Of a DNA stretch of 26,417 bases, positions 17,734-26,417 are shown piece after piece. Positions within the stretch are counted from its first letter, which is position 1. The number at the start of each line of letters is the position of its first letter. The notes under the pieces were generated by a model, which saw only the letters and a list, made by a program, of their open reading frames with translations, did no database searches and was not told the DNA's origin. The translations under genes were made by a program, and so were the position numbers. Source of the DNA: Candidatus Methylomirabilia bacterium (GTDB lineage Bacteria; Methylomirabilota; Methylomirabilia; Rokubacteriales; CSP1-6); assembly GCA_041497895.1 (NCBI GenBank), contig JBGQHJ010000061.1, forward strand, positions 1-26,417, in the 5' to 3' direction.

Positions 17734-19597
17734 CCGCGGGCACCGGGACGCGCCGCCGAGCGCTCAGGACCAGGATGCTCGCGTAGAGGACCAGGCCGAG
17801 CGCCTGCACGGGCCCGGTGCGCACCACCATCATCCCGGCGGCCACCAGGCACAGCCAGCGCAGCCACCCCGAGACCGGGCCCCAGCCCTGGCCCACCACG
17901 CAGGAGGCCAGCGCGATCGCGGAGACCGCGGCGAGAGCCGACATCAGCACGATCTCGGGCCAGCTCCCCTTGAGCAGCAGCTCCTGGTGGTAGACGAACG
18001 CGAACGGAACGAAGAAGCCGGCCACGCCGAGCCGGAACGCCTCGATGCCGGTGGCGAACATGTCGGCTCCCGCGATGTTGGCGGCCGCGAACGCGGTGAC
18101 CGCGTCGGGCGGCGTGAGATCGGACAGCACCGCGTAGTAGAAGACGAAGAGGTGGGCGGCGAGGAGGCTCACCCCGAGGTTGCCCATCGCGGCGGCGCCC
18201 ACCGTGACCGAGATCACGTAGGCGGCGGTGGTCGGGATGCCGGTGCCGAGGACCGAGACCACGACGAAGACCAGGAGCATCGCGATCAGGAGCACCCCGC
18301 CCGCGGCCTGGACCACCACTCCGCTGAACGCGAGCGCGGCGCCGGTGCGGGTCAGCACGCCCACGATCATGCCGGAGCCGGCGAGGGCCACCGCGATCGT
18401 CGCGGCGGAGAACGAGGCCTCGGTCAGCGCCTCCCAGCACCGCCAGGGCGTCATCCACGTCTTCCGGTCGAGGAAGGAGAGCGCGAAGGTCACCACGATG
18501 GTGTAGAAGGCGGCGCCGGTCGGCGAGTAGCCCTGGGCCAGCAGGTAGACGATGAGGGCGAAGGGGATCGCGAAGTAGGCGTGCCGCAGCACCGGCTTCC
18601 ACGACGGCAGCTCGGAGCGCGGCACCGGCCGCATGCCGTAGCGCAGGGCCAGGAAGTGCACCATCGCCATCAGCCCCACGTAGTAGAGGATGGCCGGGAT
18701 CGCGGCGGCCTTGATGATGTCGAAGTACGAGATGCCGGTGACCTCCGACATGATGAAGACGCCCGCCCCCATGACCGGGGGCATGATCTGGCCGCCGGTG
18801 CCCGCGATGGCCTCGATGGCGGCCGCGTTCTTGGCGGTGTAGCCGCCCTTCTTCATGAGCGGGATCGTGAAGGAGCCGGTGGCGTAGACGTTGGCCACTG
18901 TCGAGCCGGAGATGGTGCCGAACAGCGCGGAGGCGATCACCGCGATCTTGGCCGGGCCGCCGCGGGCCCAGCCCGCGAGGCGCACCGCCACGTCGATCAC
19001 GAACTCCCCCACCCCGGCCTTCATCATCACCGCCGCGAAGAGGACGTAGATGAACAGGATGTTGGAGGAGATGCCGGTGAGGAAGCCGTAGATCCCCTCG
19101 TCACCGGTGAGGTACACGAACTCGACCATCCGCGGGAAGGGATAGCCCTTGAAGTTGAAGAGGCCGGGGACCCACTGGCTGGTGGCCAGGTAGAGGAGCG
19201 AGACCGAGATGGTGACCGCCATCCACGGCGAGAGCGATCGGCGGCACGCCTCGATGACCAGCACCGCCATCATCGAGCCCAGCACCACCTCGATCGGCAG
19301 CACCGGGGAGGCGCCCTCCCAGCGATGGTTGAGCCGATCGGCGTCCCAGATGAGGTACAGGCTGCCGACCGCGGTGAGCGCCGCCCACAGCCAGTCGAAG
19401 CGGCTCGGGCGGGTCCGGGGCGAGGTCGAGTGGAAGGGGAACGCGACGAACACCAGCGGCACCAGGAACAGCAGGTGCACCGAGCGCTGCAGGCGGGGCT
19501 CGAGGGTGCCGTACCCCGCGGTGTACAGGTGGAACAGGGCGGCCGCCGTCCCGTAGACGCCGGCCGCCCAGTAGACCCACCCCTCGAGCTTTCTGAT
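17720..19597 (-). CDS. TRAP transporter fused permease (4TM/12TM, TAXI-associated)
   Basis: FHLYTAGYG..QRSVH, GGPAKIAV..SALFGTISGS.VANV..TG.FTIP.MK, GGQIMPPVMGA, G.PTTAAY, HLFVFYYA.LSDLTPP. The frame is open upstream of GTG 19480 to a probable ATC start at 19597. Confidence 0.9.
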   Translation of the reverse strand: MRKLEGWVYWAAGVYGTAAALFHLYTAGYGTLEPRLQRSVHLLFLVPLVFVAFPFHSTSPRTRPSRFDWLWAALTAVGSLYLIWDADRLNHRWEGASPVLPIEVVLGSMMAVLVIEACRRSLSPWMAVTISVSLLYLATSQWVPGLFNFKGYPFPRMVEFVYLTGDEGIYGFLTGISSNILFIYVLFAAVMMKAGVGEFVIDVAVRLAGWARGGPAKIAVIASALFGTISGSTVANVYATGSFTIPLMKKGGYTAKNAAAIEAIAGTGGQIMPPVMGAGVFIMSEVTGISYFDIIKAAAIPAILYYVGLMAMVHFLALRYGMRPVPRSELPSWKPVLRHAYFAIPFALIVYLLAQGYSPTGAAFYTIVVTFALSFLDRKTWMTPWRCWEALTEASFSAATIAVALAGSGMIVGVLTRTGAALAFSGVVVQAAGGVLLIAMLLVFVVVSVLGTGIPTTAAYVISVTVGAAAMGNLGVSLLAAHLFVFYYAVLSDLTPPDAVTAFAAANIAGADMFATGIEAFRLGVAGFFVPFAFVYHQELLLKGSWPEIVLMSALAAVSAIALASCVVGQGWGPVSGWLRWLCLVAAGMMVVRTGPVQALGLVLYASILVLSARRRVPVPAVSGG

Positions 19598-19612
19598 GGT
19601 GGTCGGCCCGGG

Positions 19613-20623
19613 TTACTTCAGCCAGCCCTTCTCCCGGTAGTAGCGCTCGGCCCCCGGATGGAGCGCGACGCCGAGGAAGAGGTAGCCCTTGGAGGGCTCG
19701 TAGTCCGAGAGGCTGCCGTGGATCTTCCGCACCCGGTCCGCGTTGTCGTTGAGCGTCCTGGTGATCGTGTAGGCGAGATCGTTGGACATCGCGCTCGACA
19801 CCGTGATCGTGGTGCCCATCGTGGCCGAGACCACCGGCTCGTTGCCGTTGGCCGCCTTGGGGTAGGTGCCGGCCGGGATCACGCCCTCGCCCATCCCGAA
19901 CTTGCCGAGGTACTCGAGCAGCGGCTTCGGGAAGGCCAGGAGCTTGAGGTCTCGGCCCACCGAGGCCTCGGTGATGGAGGCGCCGGGCAGGGCCAGGAAG
20001 GTGAAGGTTCCGTCGACGTTGCGGTCCTTGAAGGCGCCCGCCTGCTCGGAGTAGGAGCCACGGAAGAACTTGGTCCCGGCCGCTTCCCAGGTCTTGTAGC
20101 ACTCGGCGGTCTTGCCGGGCTGGCAGTAGCCGTAGAACTCCATGATCTTCTCGAACACCCACACGTCGGAGGAGCCCGGCTTGGAGATGGCCAGGCGCAT
20201 GGGCTTCTTGCCCTTGAAGATCTCTTCCATCGTCATCTTGGCGAACGGTGAGTCGGCCGCGACGTAGAAGTGGAAGGTGTTGAGGCTCATGTTGCCGGCG
20301 AGCGCCCGGAGCTTGTCCATCTTCTGCCCCGGGTACGGGTCGTCACCCCGGAAGGCCGCGCCCAGGAGCGGCGGCAGGCCCATGCCGAGCTCGGCCTCGC
20401 CCTTCTCGACGAGCAGCGGGTTCTGGGTGCCGCCGCCCGGGATGACCTTGATGTTGAGCCCCGCCTTCTCACGGAGCAGCTCGGCCATGCCGCCCGAGAT
20501 CGCGTACCAGCCGCCGCCGACCGCGCCGGCGGTCCAGGTCAGCGACTGCTGCGCCGCCGCGCCGCCGGCCAGCGCCGCGACGAGTATCAGAGCCATCACC
20601 GCGAGCCCCAAGCTCTTCCGCAT
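19613..20623 (-). CDS. TAXI family TRAP transporter solute-binding subunit
   Basis: Sec signal peptide (MRKSLGL...AAA), AGAVGGGWY, GGGTQN, IPAGTY, LHPGAERYYREKG; AGGAGG RBS upstream of ATG 20623. Confidence 0.93.
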   Translation of the reverse strand: MRKSLGLAVMALILVAALAGGAAAQQSLTWTAGAVGGGWYAISGGMAELLREKAGLNIKVIPGGGTQNPLLVEKGEAELGMGLPPLLGAAFRGDDPYPGQKMDKLRALAGNMSLNTFHFYVAADSPFAKMTMEEIFKGKKPMRLAISKPGSSDVWVFEKIMEFYGYCQPGKTAECYKTWEAAGTKFFRGSYSEQAGAFKDRNVDGTFTFLALPGASITEASVGRDLKLLAFPKPLLEYLGKFGMGEGVIPAGTYPKAANGNEPVVSATMGTTITVSSAMSNDLAYTITRTLNDNADRVRKIHGSLSDYEPSKGYLFLGVALHPGAERYYREKGWLK

Positions 20624-20647
20624 CGGTCCTGCCTCCTGTGGGTGCAC

Positions 20648-21805
20648 TCAGAACATGTTGGCTTCGGCGCGCAGTCTTCCCGCCGCGAAGCGATCGAGGG
20701 ACAGGGGAGCAATATCCATGCTGCCGGCGCGGCCGTCAAGCAGGATCTCGGTCATCAGGATACCGATGGCGGGCGCGTGCATGAAGCCGTGCCCGGAGAA
20801 GCCGCACGCGACGTGGAGGCCCGGCGCCTGCGCCGCCGGGCCGAGGATGCCGTGGTAGTCGGGGGTGAGGTCGCGCACGCCCGCGTAGGCGCGCATGACC
20901 TGCGCCTCGGCGAGCGGCGGCACCCGGATCGCCGCGGCGCGGAAGACCGCGTCGAAGGCGTCCCAGTCGACCGTGGTGTCGAGGCCGGGCTTGATGTCCT
21001 TGTCGGTGCCGCCCATCAGCACCGCGCTCTGCCCCTGTCGGTGCACGTAGAAGCCGGTGTCGAGATCGACGATCAGAGGAAAGACGGGAGGCAAGAGCGG
21101 CAGCGGCTCGGTCACCATCACCTGCCGGCGGTATGGCTTCGACGGGATCGAGACGCCGGCCATCGCGCCGATCTGGTCGGCGTAGGGCCCGGCGCAGTCG
21201 ACCACGATCGGCGCGCTCCACTCCCCCCGCGGCGTGCGCACGCCGGTGACGCGCTCACCCGATCTCACGAGGCCGGTCACCGGGTGCTCGGTCAGCAGGC
21301 GCAGTCCCCGGCCCCGGCCGCGGGCCAGGAAGGCCCGCAGCATCGAGTAGGGGTCGGCCGAGCCGTCGTCGGCGCAGAAGGTGCCCCCGACCAGGTCGTG
21401 GGTGACCAGCGAGGCCAGGTGCGTCTGGATCTGGGCCGGAGTCAGGAGCTCGCTCGCCACGCCCAGCCCGCGCTGCAGCGCCACGTTGTGGCGGCACTGC
21501 TCGAGCGTGGCGGGGTCGGTGGTGACGAAGAGGTAGCCGTGGCGCGTGAAGTCGACCGGCGAGCCCAGGATCTCCTCGGCGTGGGCGAAGTAGCGGTACG
21601 AGAGCTGGGTGAGGCGCACGTTGGCCTCGGTGGAGAACTGGAAGCGCACGCCCCCGGTGGCCTTGGACGTGGCGCCGGTGCCGGGCTCGGGCTCCTTCTC
21701 GAGCACGACTATCCGAAGGGCCGGATCACGCTCGAGGAGATGGAACGCCACCGAGCCGCCGATGATGCCGGCGCCCACGATGACGACGTCCGCGGTCTCG
21801 CTCAC
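20648..21805 (-). CDS. FAD-dependent oxidoreductase, DAO/sarcosine oxidase beta-like
   Basis: VVIVGAGIIG, GATSKATGGVRFQFS, GYLF, DLTPD, GFSGHGFMHAPAIG. Confidence 0.9.
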   Translation of the reverse strand: MSETADVVIVGAGIIGGSVAFHLLERDPALRIVVLEKEPEPGTGATSKATGGVRFQFSTEANVRLTQLSYRYFAHAEEILGSPVDFTRHGYLFVTTDPATLEQCRHNVALQRGLGVASELLTPAQIQTHLASLVTHDLVGGTFCADDGSADPYSMLRAFLARGRGRGLRLLTEHPVTGLVRSGERVTGVRTPRGEWSAPIVVDCAGPYADQIGAMAGVSIPSKPYRRQVMVTEPLPLLPPVFPLIVDLDTGFYVHRQGQSAVLMGGTDKDIKPGLDTTVDWDAFDAVFRAAAIRVPPLAEAQVMRAYAGVRDLTPDYHGILGPAAQAPGLHVACGFSGHGFMHAPAIGILMTEILLDGRAGSMDIAPLSLDRFAAGRLRAEANMF

Positions 21806-21818
21806 ACTTTCGGCGGGC

Positions 21819-22547
21819 TCAGGCGGGGCGCGGCGCGAGCCCGTGGCGCACCGACTCGTGCACCATCCGGACCAGCGTCGTGATGTCGAAGACGGGCAGG
21901 CCGGTGACGGCCTGGATGTCGGCGCGGTAGGGCGGCATGTTCGTGCACTCGAGCACGATCGCGCCGATCTCGGGATGCTCGGTCACCAGGCGGCCCGCCA
22001 CCGTCAGGTGCTCCTGCCGGGCCGTCTCCACGTCGAGGACCAGCTGGTCGTCGAGCAGCACCCGGGTGAACTCCTTCTCGGTCTCGAGCCCCGCCACCAC
22101 CACCGGCGCGTCCGCCGCGATCCCCGCGCCCTCCATGTGCTCGCGGTGGAGCGAGGCCGCGTTGACGGTGAGGACGCCCACCGCCCGCCCCGGCGGCAGC
22201 ATCCGCTGCACGAGCGGCACCAGCATGAGGCTCGAGGTGAAGACCGGCACTCCGACCGACGCGACGAGCTCCGGCTGGAACTTGGCCAGGAAGCCGCAGT
22301 TGGTGGTGATCGCCCGGACCCCTTCCCGCTCGAGGAAGCGCGCCCCCTCGATGAAGGCGGGCAGCAGCTCGCGCTGTCCCTGGCGGACCACCCGGTGAGG
22401 CGAGGCGCCGGTCACGCGGTGGTAGCGCACCGGGAAGTCGAAGGTGGTGGCGTTGCCCATGTCGCCGGGGATGCGCGGGAACCGGGTGTCGAGCATGAGG
22501 ATGCCGACGGTGAAGCCGTAGAGGTTCGTCCCGCCCTGGACGCGCAC
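21819..22547 (-). CDS. Aspartate/glutamate racemase superfamily protein
   Basis: GILMLDTRFPRIPGDMGN; two catalytic-type Cys motifs, TTNCGFL and LECTNMPPY. Start re-called at GTG 22547. Confidence 0.87.
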   Translation of the reverse strand: MRVQGGTNLYGFTVGILMLDTRFPRIPGDMGNATTFDFPVRYHRVTGASPHRVVRQGQRELLPAFIEGARFLEREGVRAITTNCGFLAKFQPELVASVGVPVFTSSLMLVPLVQRMLPPGRAVGVLTVNAASLHREHMEGAGIAADAPVVVAGLETEKEFTRVLLDDQLVLDVETARQEHLTVAGRLVTEHPEIGAIVLECTNMPPYRADIQAVTGLPVFDITTLVRMVHESVRHGLAPRPA

Positions 22548-22555
22548 GCCCGGTC

Positions 22556-23389
22556 CTAGTTGAGCTGCGCGAGCTTCTGGCGCACCCGGCGGAGCTGGCC
22601 GCGCACCTGCTCGTGGTCGGCCGCGTCCGGGAACTCGGTCAGGTAGCGCTCCCAGTCGGCGGCCCCGCGCTCGAGCCGGCCCATGTTGCTCCAGGCCGCG
22701 CCGCGGTCGCGCCACTCTCCCGCCGCGTCGGGGTCGAGGGCGAGGGTGCGATCGATCACCCGCACCACCTTGTCCCACGCCTCCTGCCGCCAGTAGATGC
22801 CCTTCAGGTTGGCGAGCATGCGCACCAGGAACTGCCGGTTGCTCACCGGCTCGAAGTGCACCGGCTGAAGCCGCACCGGTCGACCCAGTGCGCGCCGCAC
22901 CACCTCGCCGCAGGTCTCGGCCGTGAGCAGCGCACCGCGGTTGAAGGGATCGAGCAGCACGTGCTCGCCCCCGATCCGGACCCCGGTGATGAAGTGACCC
23001 GGGAGCCCCACGCCCTCCATGTCCAGGCCCAGGCGCCGGCCGACCTCGATCAGCACCAGCGACAGCGTGATCGGGATCCCCAGCCGTCGGTCGAGGACGT
23101 GGTTGAGATAGCTGTTGCGCGGATCGAAGTAGTCGGTCCGGTCGCCCGCGAAGCCCTGCTCCTCGAAGAGGAACTCGCGCAGCCGATGCAGGCGGCGCAG
23201 ATCGTCCCGCCCGTCGCGGTCCGTGGCCGCCGCGTCCGCGAGGTCGTCGAGGCGCGCGAGCTGCTTGTCCACGTCGAGCCCGGGCTGCTCGGCGACCGCG
23301 ATCAGGAGGGCGGCGCGGGCCAGCGGGATGTCGGCGTCGGCGCGGGTGACCGCGGCGGTGAACTCGGACAGGGAAGGATCCGGATCCAT
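22556..23389 (-). CDS. SirB1 family protein (transglutaminase-like domain + C-terminal TPR)
   Basis: F.G...DYFDPRNSYLN.VLDRRLGIPITL, GVGLPGHF, DPFNRG, RMLANLK.IY, RDRG, YL..FP; ATG 23389 in a TGATG overlap. Confidence 0.9.
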   Translation of the reverse strand: MDPDPSLSEFTAAVTRADADIPLARAALLIAVAEQPGLDVDKQLARLDDLADAAATDRDGRDDLRRLHRLREFLFEEQGFAGDRTDYFDPRNSYLNHVLDRRLGIPITLSLVLIEVGRRLGLDMEGVGLPGHFITGVRIGGEHVLLDPFNRGALLTAETCGEVVRRALGRPVRLQPVHFEPVSNRQFLVRMLANLKGIYWRQEAWDKVVRVIDRTLALDPDAAGEWRDRGAAWSNMGRLERGAADWERYLTEFPDAADHEQVRGQLRRVRQKLAQLN

Positions 23390-24048
23390 CAACAGCCGGG
23401 CGCGTGGTGGATGCCGGCGGTCCGCAGCGCGGCGCCCTGCAGCTCCTCGGCCAGCGCGAGCGTGCGGGCGGCGGCCCGCCGGGCCAGCTCCTGGGCCTCG
23501 GGCGTGGTCGCCAGCTTGAGCAGGAGCGAGCGCCCCAGCTGGTGGTGGAAGCGCTCGTCCGGCTCGATGACGTCACGGTAGAGGGTGGCGGTGACCCGAT
23601 CCCGCGCCCGGTCGCAGAACTCGATGAACTGGCGGTTCTTGACCACCGCGATGGCCTCGCGGGTGAACTGGCCCGCGGCGACTCGCTCCACCGTGGTCTC
23701 GAGCGAGTCGAGGTACTTGAAGAGCGGCCCGAATCCCTGCGCGAGCGGATCGAAGGCGCGGGCGTCCACCCCGAGCTCCCCGAGGCGGTCCGCGATCATG
23801 CGGTAGTGCTTGGCCTCGTCGCCGGCCTGGCGGGCGAAGGCCATCTTGACCTCCACGTCGGTGGTGGCGACGAGCCAGCGCGCCGCGATCTCGGTGGCCT
23901 CGATCTCGTTCTTGAGCGCCACTTTCAACAAATTCGTGACGTTCAATGCGCCGCTCACCTCCGGCGTGAGGGTGGCGTCGGGCTCGAGCCGGCGGAGGAC
24001 CGCCTGGTTCGCCTCGTCGAGTGCGGCCACGAACTCGGCCGAGGTCAC
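23389..24048 (-). CDS. Ferritin-like (di-iron four-helix bundle) protein
   Basis: Ligand pattern E (KNEIEA) ... DEAKH ... E (TREAIA) ... DERFH. Confidence 0.85.
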   Translation of the reverse strand: MTSAEFVAALDEANQAVLRRLEPDATLTPEVSGALNVTNLLKVALKNEIEATEIAARWLVATTDVEVKMAFARQAGDEAKHYRMIADRLGELGVDARAFDPLAQGFGPLFKYLDSLETTVERVAAGQFTREAIAVVKNRQFIEFCDRARDRVTATLYRDVIEPDERFHHQLGRSLLLKLATTPEAQELARRAAARTLALAEELQGAALRTAGIHHAPGC

Positions 24049-24407
24049 GCCGCGAGCCCGTGCTGCAGGAGCGCGGGCAGCTCCTGGGTCAGGGTTTCCT
24101 TGGTCACCACCCGCCGGCAGCGGGCGTGGAGCGGCTGGGTGGCGCGGGCCAGCACGTGGGTCGTGAAGCCGAGCACCGGCACGTCGGGGACGGCCGCGAG
24201 CGCGTCGAAGATCGCGTCGTAGTTCCAGCCGCTGGTGGTGAGATCGACGATCACCAGCCCGGGCACCGGGGCGGGCGCCTCCGGGGCGAGGGTCGCGGCG
24301 AGCTCTTCCGGGGTGCGGGCGAAGGTGAGCGGCGTGCCCACGAGGCGCGCGGTCTCCCGGATGCGGGCCACGAAGAAGAGATCGCGGACGACGGCGACGA
24401 CCTTCAT
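24045..24407 (-). CDS. Small stand-alone atypical receiver (CheY-like) protein
   Basis: 120 aa with a beta/alpha pattern: KVVAVVRDLFF, LVIVDL, PVLGFTTHV; overlaps the ferritin-like gene by GTGA. Confidence 0.65.
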   Translation of the reverse strand: MKVVAVVRDLFFVARIRETARLVGTPLTFARTPEELAATLAPEAPAPVPGLVIVDLTTSGWNYDAIFDALAAVPDVPVLGFTTHVLARATQPLHARCRRVVTKETLTQELPALLQHGLAA

Positions 24408-24429
24408 CGGTTGGGCATCGGTCGCCCGC

Positions 24430-24978
24430 CTAGTCGTCCTGCTCCTGGTTGCCGAGCCAGTACCGGTTCCACTCGGCCAGATGCGTGAGGGTCGAGAGGT
24501 CCCGCATCCGGTCGAGGTAGACCCGTCCGTGCAGATGGTCGGTCTCGTGCTGGATGACGCGCGCGAGGAAGTCCTTGGCCACCAGGTCGATCAGCCGGCC
24601 CTCGCGGTCGAAGGCCTCGAGCCGGACGCTGGTGAGGCGCGGCACCACTCCCCGCATGTCGGGGACCGAGAGGCAGCCCTCCCAGCCCTCCTCCATCTCC
24701 TCGGTCAGCGGCGTCACCACCGGGTTGACCAGCACGGTGAGCGGGATCGCGGGGGCGTCGGGATAGCGCGGGTTGCCGTGGACCTCGATCACGCAGATCT
24801 GCTTGAGCTCGTGCACCTGGGTGGCCGCGAGTCCCGCGCCGTTGTACTCGCGCATGGTTTCGACCATGTCGTCGATCAGGCGCTGGGTCTCGGCCGACCT
24901 GATCTGCGCGATCGGAACCGGCGCCGCGACCTGGCGAAGCACGGGATGTCCGAGACGCGCGACCTTCAGGATGGCCAT
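24430..24978 (-). CDS. def: Peptide deformylase
   Basis: GAGLAATQV, EGCLSV, QHETDHL motifs; RBS GAGGGGA. Confidence 0.97.
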   Translation of the reverse strand: MAILKVARLGHPVLRQVAAPVPIAQIRSAETQRLIDDMVETMREYNGAGLAATQVHELKQICVIEVHGNPRYPDAPAIPLTVLVNPVVTPLTEEMEEGWEGCLSVPDMRGVVPRLTSVRLEAFDREGRLIDLVAKDFLARVIQHETDHLHGRVYLDRMRDLSTLTHLAEWNRYWLGNQEQDD

Positions 24979-24997
24979 GGGGTCCCCTCGCGCTCGG

Positions 24998-25008
24998 ATT
25001 GTAGCACA
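24998..25008 (-). promoter_or_regulatory. Extended -10 promoter (TGTGcTACAAT) for def
   Basis: TGTG-n-TACAAT 19 bp upstream of the def ATG. Confidence 0.65.
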
Positions 25009-25068
25009 GCCGATCAGGTCCGCTCCGCCCCCGCCGGCACCGCGGGCCGGCGCGGGTGATATCGAGCT

Positions 25069-26001
25069 TCACGTCTCGTTCTCCCGATAGATCAGGGCAT
25101 TGCGGCGCAGTCCCGCAGGCTTGGCTCGAAGCAGGGCGCTCCCCCGGAATGTCTCCCGGATCGCGGCATCGTCCATCCGTGAGACGGCCTCCGCTCCGGG
25201 ATACGCGGTCTCGGGCACGAGCTCCCGATGGCGCGTGGTCGGGGCCTTCCGGTTCCACGGGCACACGTCCTGGCAGACGTCGCAGCCGAACTGCCAGCCG
25301 GCCATCCCGTGGTGGAGATCGGGGTCGATCTCGCCCCGGTGCTCGATCGTCAGGTACGAGATGCAGCGCCGCGCGTCGAGCACGTACGGAGCGACGAAGG
25401 CCCCGGTCGGGCAGGCGTCGAGACAGGCGCGACAGGTGCCGCAGCGATCGGCCAGCGGGGCATCCGCGACGAGGTCCGCGGTGGTCAGGAGCACGCCGAT
25501 GAAGAACCACGAGCCGAGGGTCGGATGCAGCAGCATGGTGTTCTTGCCGACCCAGCCGAGCCCCGCCCGCGCCGCCAGATCGCGCTCCAGCACCGGGCCG
25601 GTGTCGACGTAGCCACGGCTCCGGGCGCCCGCGACCAGGGTCAGGTGATCCGCCAGCCGCCCGAGGCGCGGTCCGATCACGTCGTGGTAGTCGCGTCCCC
25701 AGGCGTAGCGGGCGATCGGGCGCCAGGAGACGTCCTCCGGCTCGCCCTGGTAGTAGTTGAGCGCCACGCAGACGGCAGCCCGCGCGCCCGGCAGCACGCG
25801 CGACGGGTCGAGCCGCTCCTCGAGCCTCCGCTCGAGATAGCCCATGGTGCCGGCGTGGCCGGCCTCCACCCAGCGCCGGAGCGCGGCGCCGTGCTCGGGC
25901 GGCGCGGCCGGGCCCACCGCGACCAGGTCGAAGCCCAGCTCCAGCGCGAGCGCCTTCACCGACTCGGTGAGGGTCAGCGCCCCGAGATTCGCGCCGCTCA
26001 C
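25069..26001 (-). CDS. queG: tRNA epoxyqueuosine(34) reductase QueG
   Basis: ARYAWGRDYH, VDTGPVLER, GLGWVGKN, CGTCRACLDACPT, RCISYLTIE, FGCDVCQDVCPWN. Start re-called at GTG 26001. Confidence 0.96.
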   Translation of the reverse strand: MSGANLGALTLTESVKALALELGFDLVAVGPAAPPEHGAALRRWVEAGHAGTMGYLERRLEERLDPSRVLPGARAAVCVALNYYQGEPEDVSWRPIARYAWGRDYHDVIGPRLGRLADHLTLVAGARSRGYVDTGPVLERDLAARAGLGWVGKNTMLLHPTLGSWFFIGVLLTTADLVADAPLADRCGTCRACLDACPTGAFVAPYVLDARRCISYLTIEHRGEIDPDLHHGMAGWQFGCDVCQDVCPWNRKAPTTRHRELVPETAYPGAEAVSRMDDAAIRETFRGSALLRAKPAGLRRNALIYRENET

Positions 26002-26417
26002 GCGCGCCGCGCCTTGACGAGGAGATGGCTGCGCGTCAGCGTGCGGCCGCCCGACTCGAGGAACGCGATGTACCGGAACCAGCGCCCGTCCGTCCGCCAC
26101 CGATCCTCGAGGCCGACCGCGGCCGCGAGGCCTTCCTCCACGGATCCGAAGCGCCGCACCTCGCGCTCGACCTCGAGCGCCTCCACCGCGAATCCCCGCT
26201 CCTGGAGAGCCGTGCGCATGCGCGCCTCGTCGTAGGCGAACCGCGAGACCCGGCCGGTCTCCTTCCACTGGTCCAGGTGGAAGGCGACCATGGCCAGGGC
26301 GTTGCCGGGACGGAGCGCGGCCCCGGCGCGCTCGATGATCGCGTCCGAGGCGCAGAGGTGTGCGGTCACCAGGTCCGGGTGCCACGGAGAATACGGCTCG
26401 GCCTCGACGTCGGCCTC
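25998..26417 (-). CDS. Probable class I SAM-dependent methyltransferase, C-terminal part (5' end outside the window)
   Basis: Open frame to the window edge: EADVEAEPY..PDLVTAHL...ALRPGNAL, resembling MTase motifs II/III; motif I is not visible. Confidence 0.6.
   Translation of the reverse strand, partial: EADVEAEPYSPWHPDLVTAHLCASDAIIERAGAALRPGNALAMVAFHLDQWKETGRVSRFAYDEARMRTALQERGFAVEALEVEREVRRFGSVEEGLAAAVGLEDRWRTDGRWFRYIAFLESGGRTLTRSHLLVKARRA

Noticed and set aside
23370..23394. Cys-TGA at the end of the ferritin-like gene as possible selenocysteine readthrough
   Set aside because: The TGA is part of a TGATG coupling to sirB1; there is no convincing SECIS and the readthrough frame looks non-coding
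25032..25052. GC hairpin CGCCGGC/GCCGGCG after queG as a terminator
   Set aside because: No U-tract, and 7-bp GC stems are frequent by chance at this composition

Overview
Very GC-rich bacterial chromosomal window (roughly 70% GC by eye). The gene complement and codon style suggest Ca. Rokubacteria/Methylomirabilota, which is an inference. About 29 tightly packed CDSs, almost all on the minus strand; no tRNA, rRNA, transposase, phage or CRISPR array is visible. Blocks in transcription order: (i) partial SAM methyltransferase-queG; (ii) def-atypical receiver-ferritin-like-SirB1/TPR-Asp/Glu racemase family-FAD oxidoreductase-TAXI TRAP binding protein-fused TRAP permease; (iii) plus-strand short mutY-SDR-mutT; (iv) ygfZ-like and YyaL-like genes; (v) TPP riboswitch-thiS-thiG-thiE-like-thiO-M20 amidohydrolase-BtuF-like; (vi) tldD-pmbA-tatD-hydrolase-peptidase T-like; (vii) hydrolase-REC/HD-GYP. 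Best leads: a TRAP permease that appears to start at ATC in frame with the upstream gene, a racemase-family/oxidase/TRAP catabolic module of unknown substrate, a coupled receiver-ferritin-SirB1 trio, a readable TPP riboswitch expression platform, a ThiE/TenI intermediate, and a dispersed palindromic repeat with one copy possibly inside a coding frame. Product calls come from motif recognition only; no searches were run.
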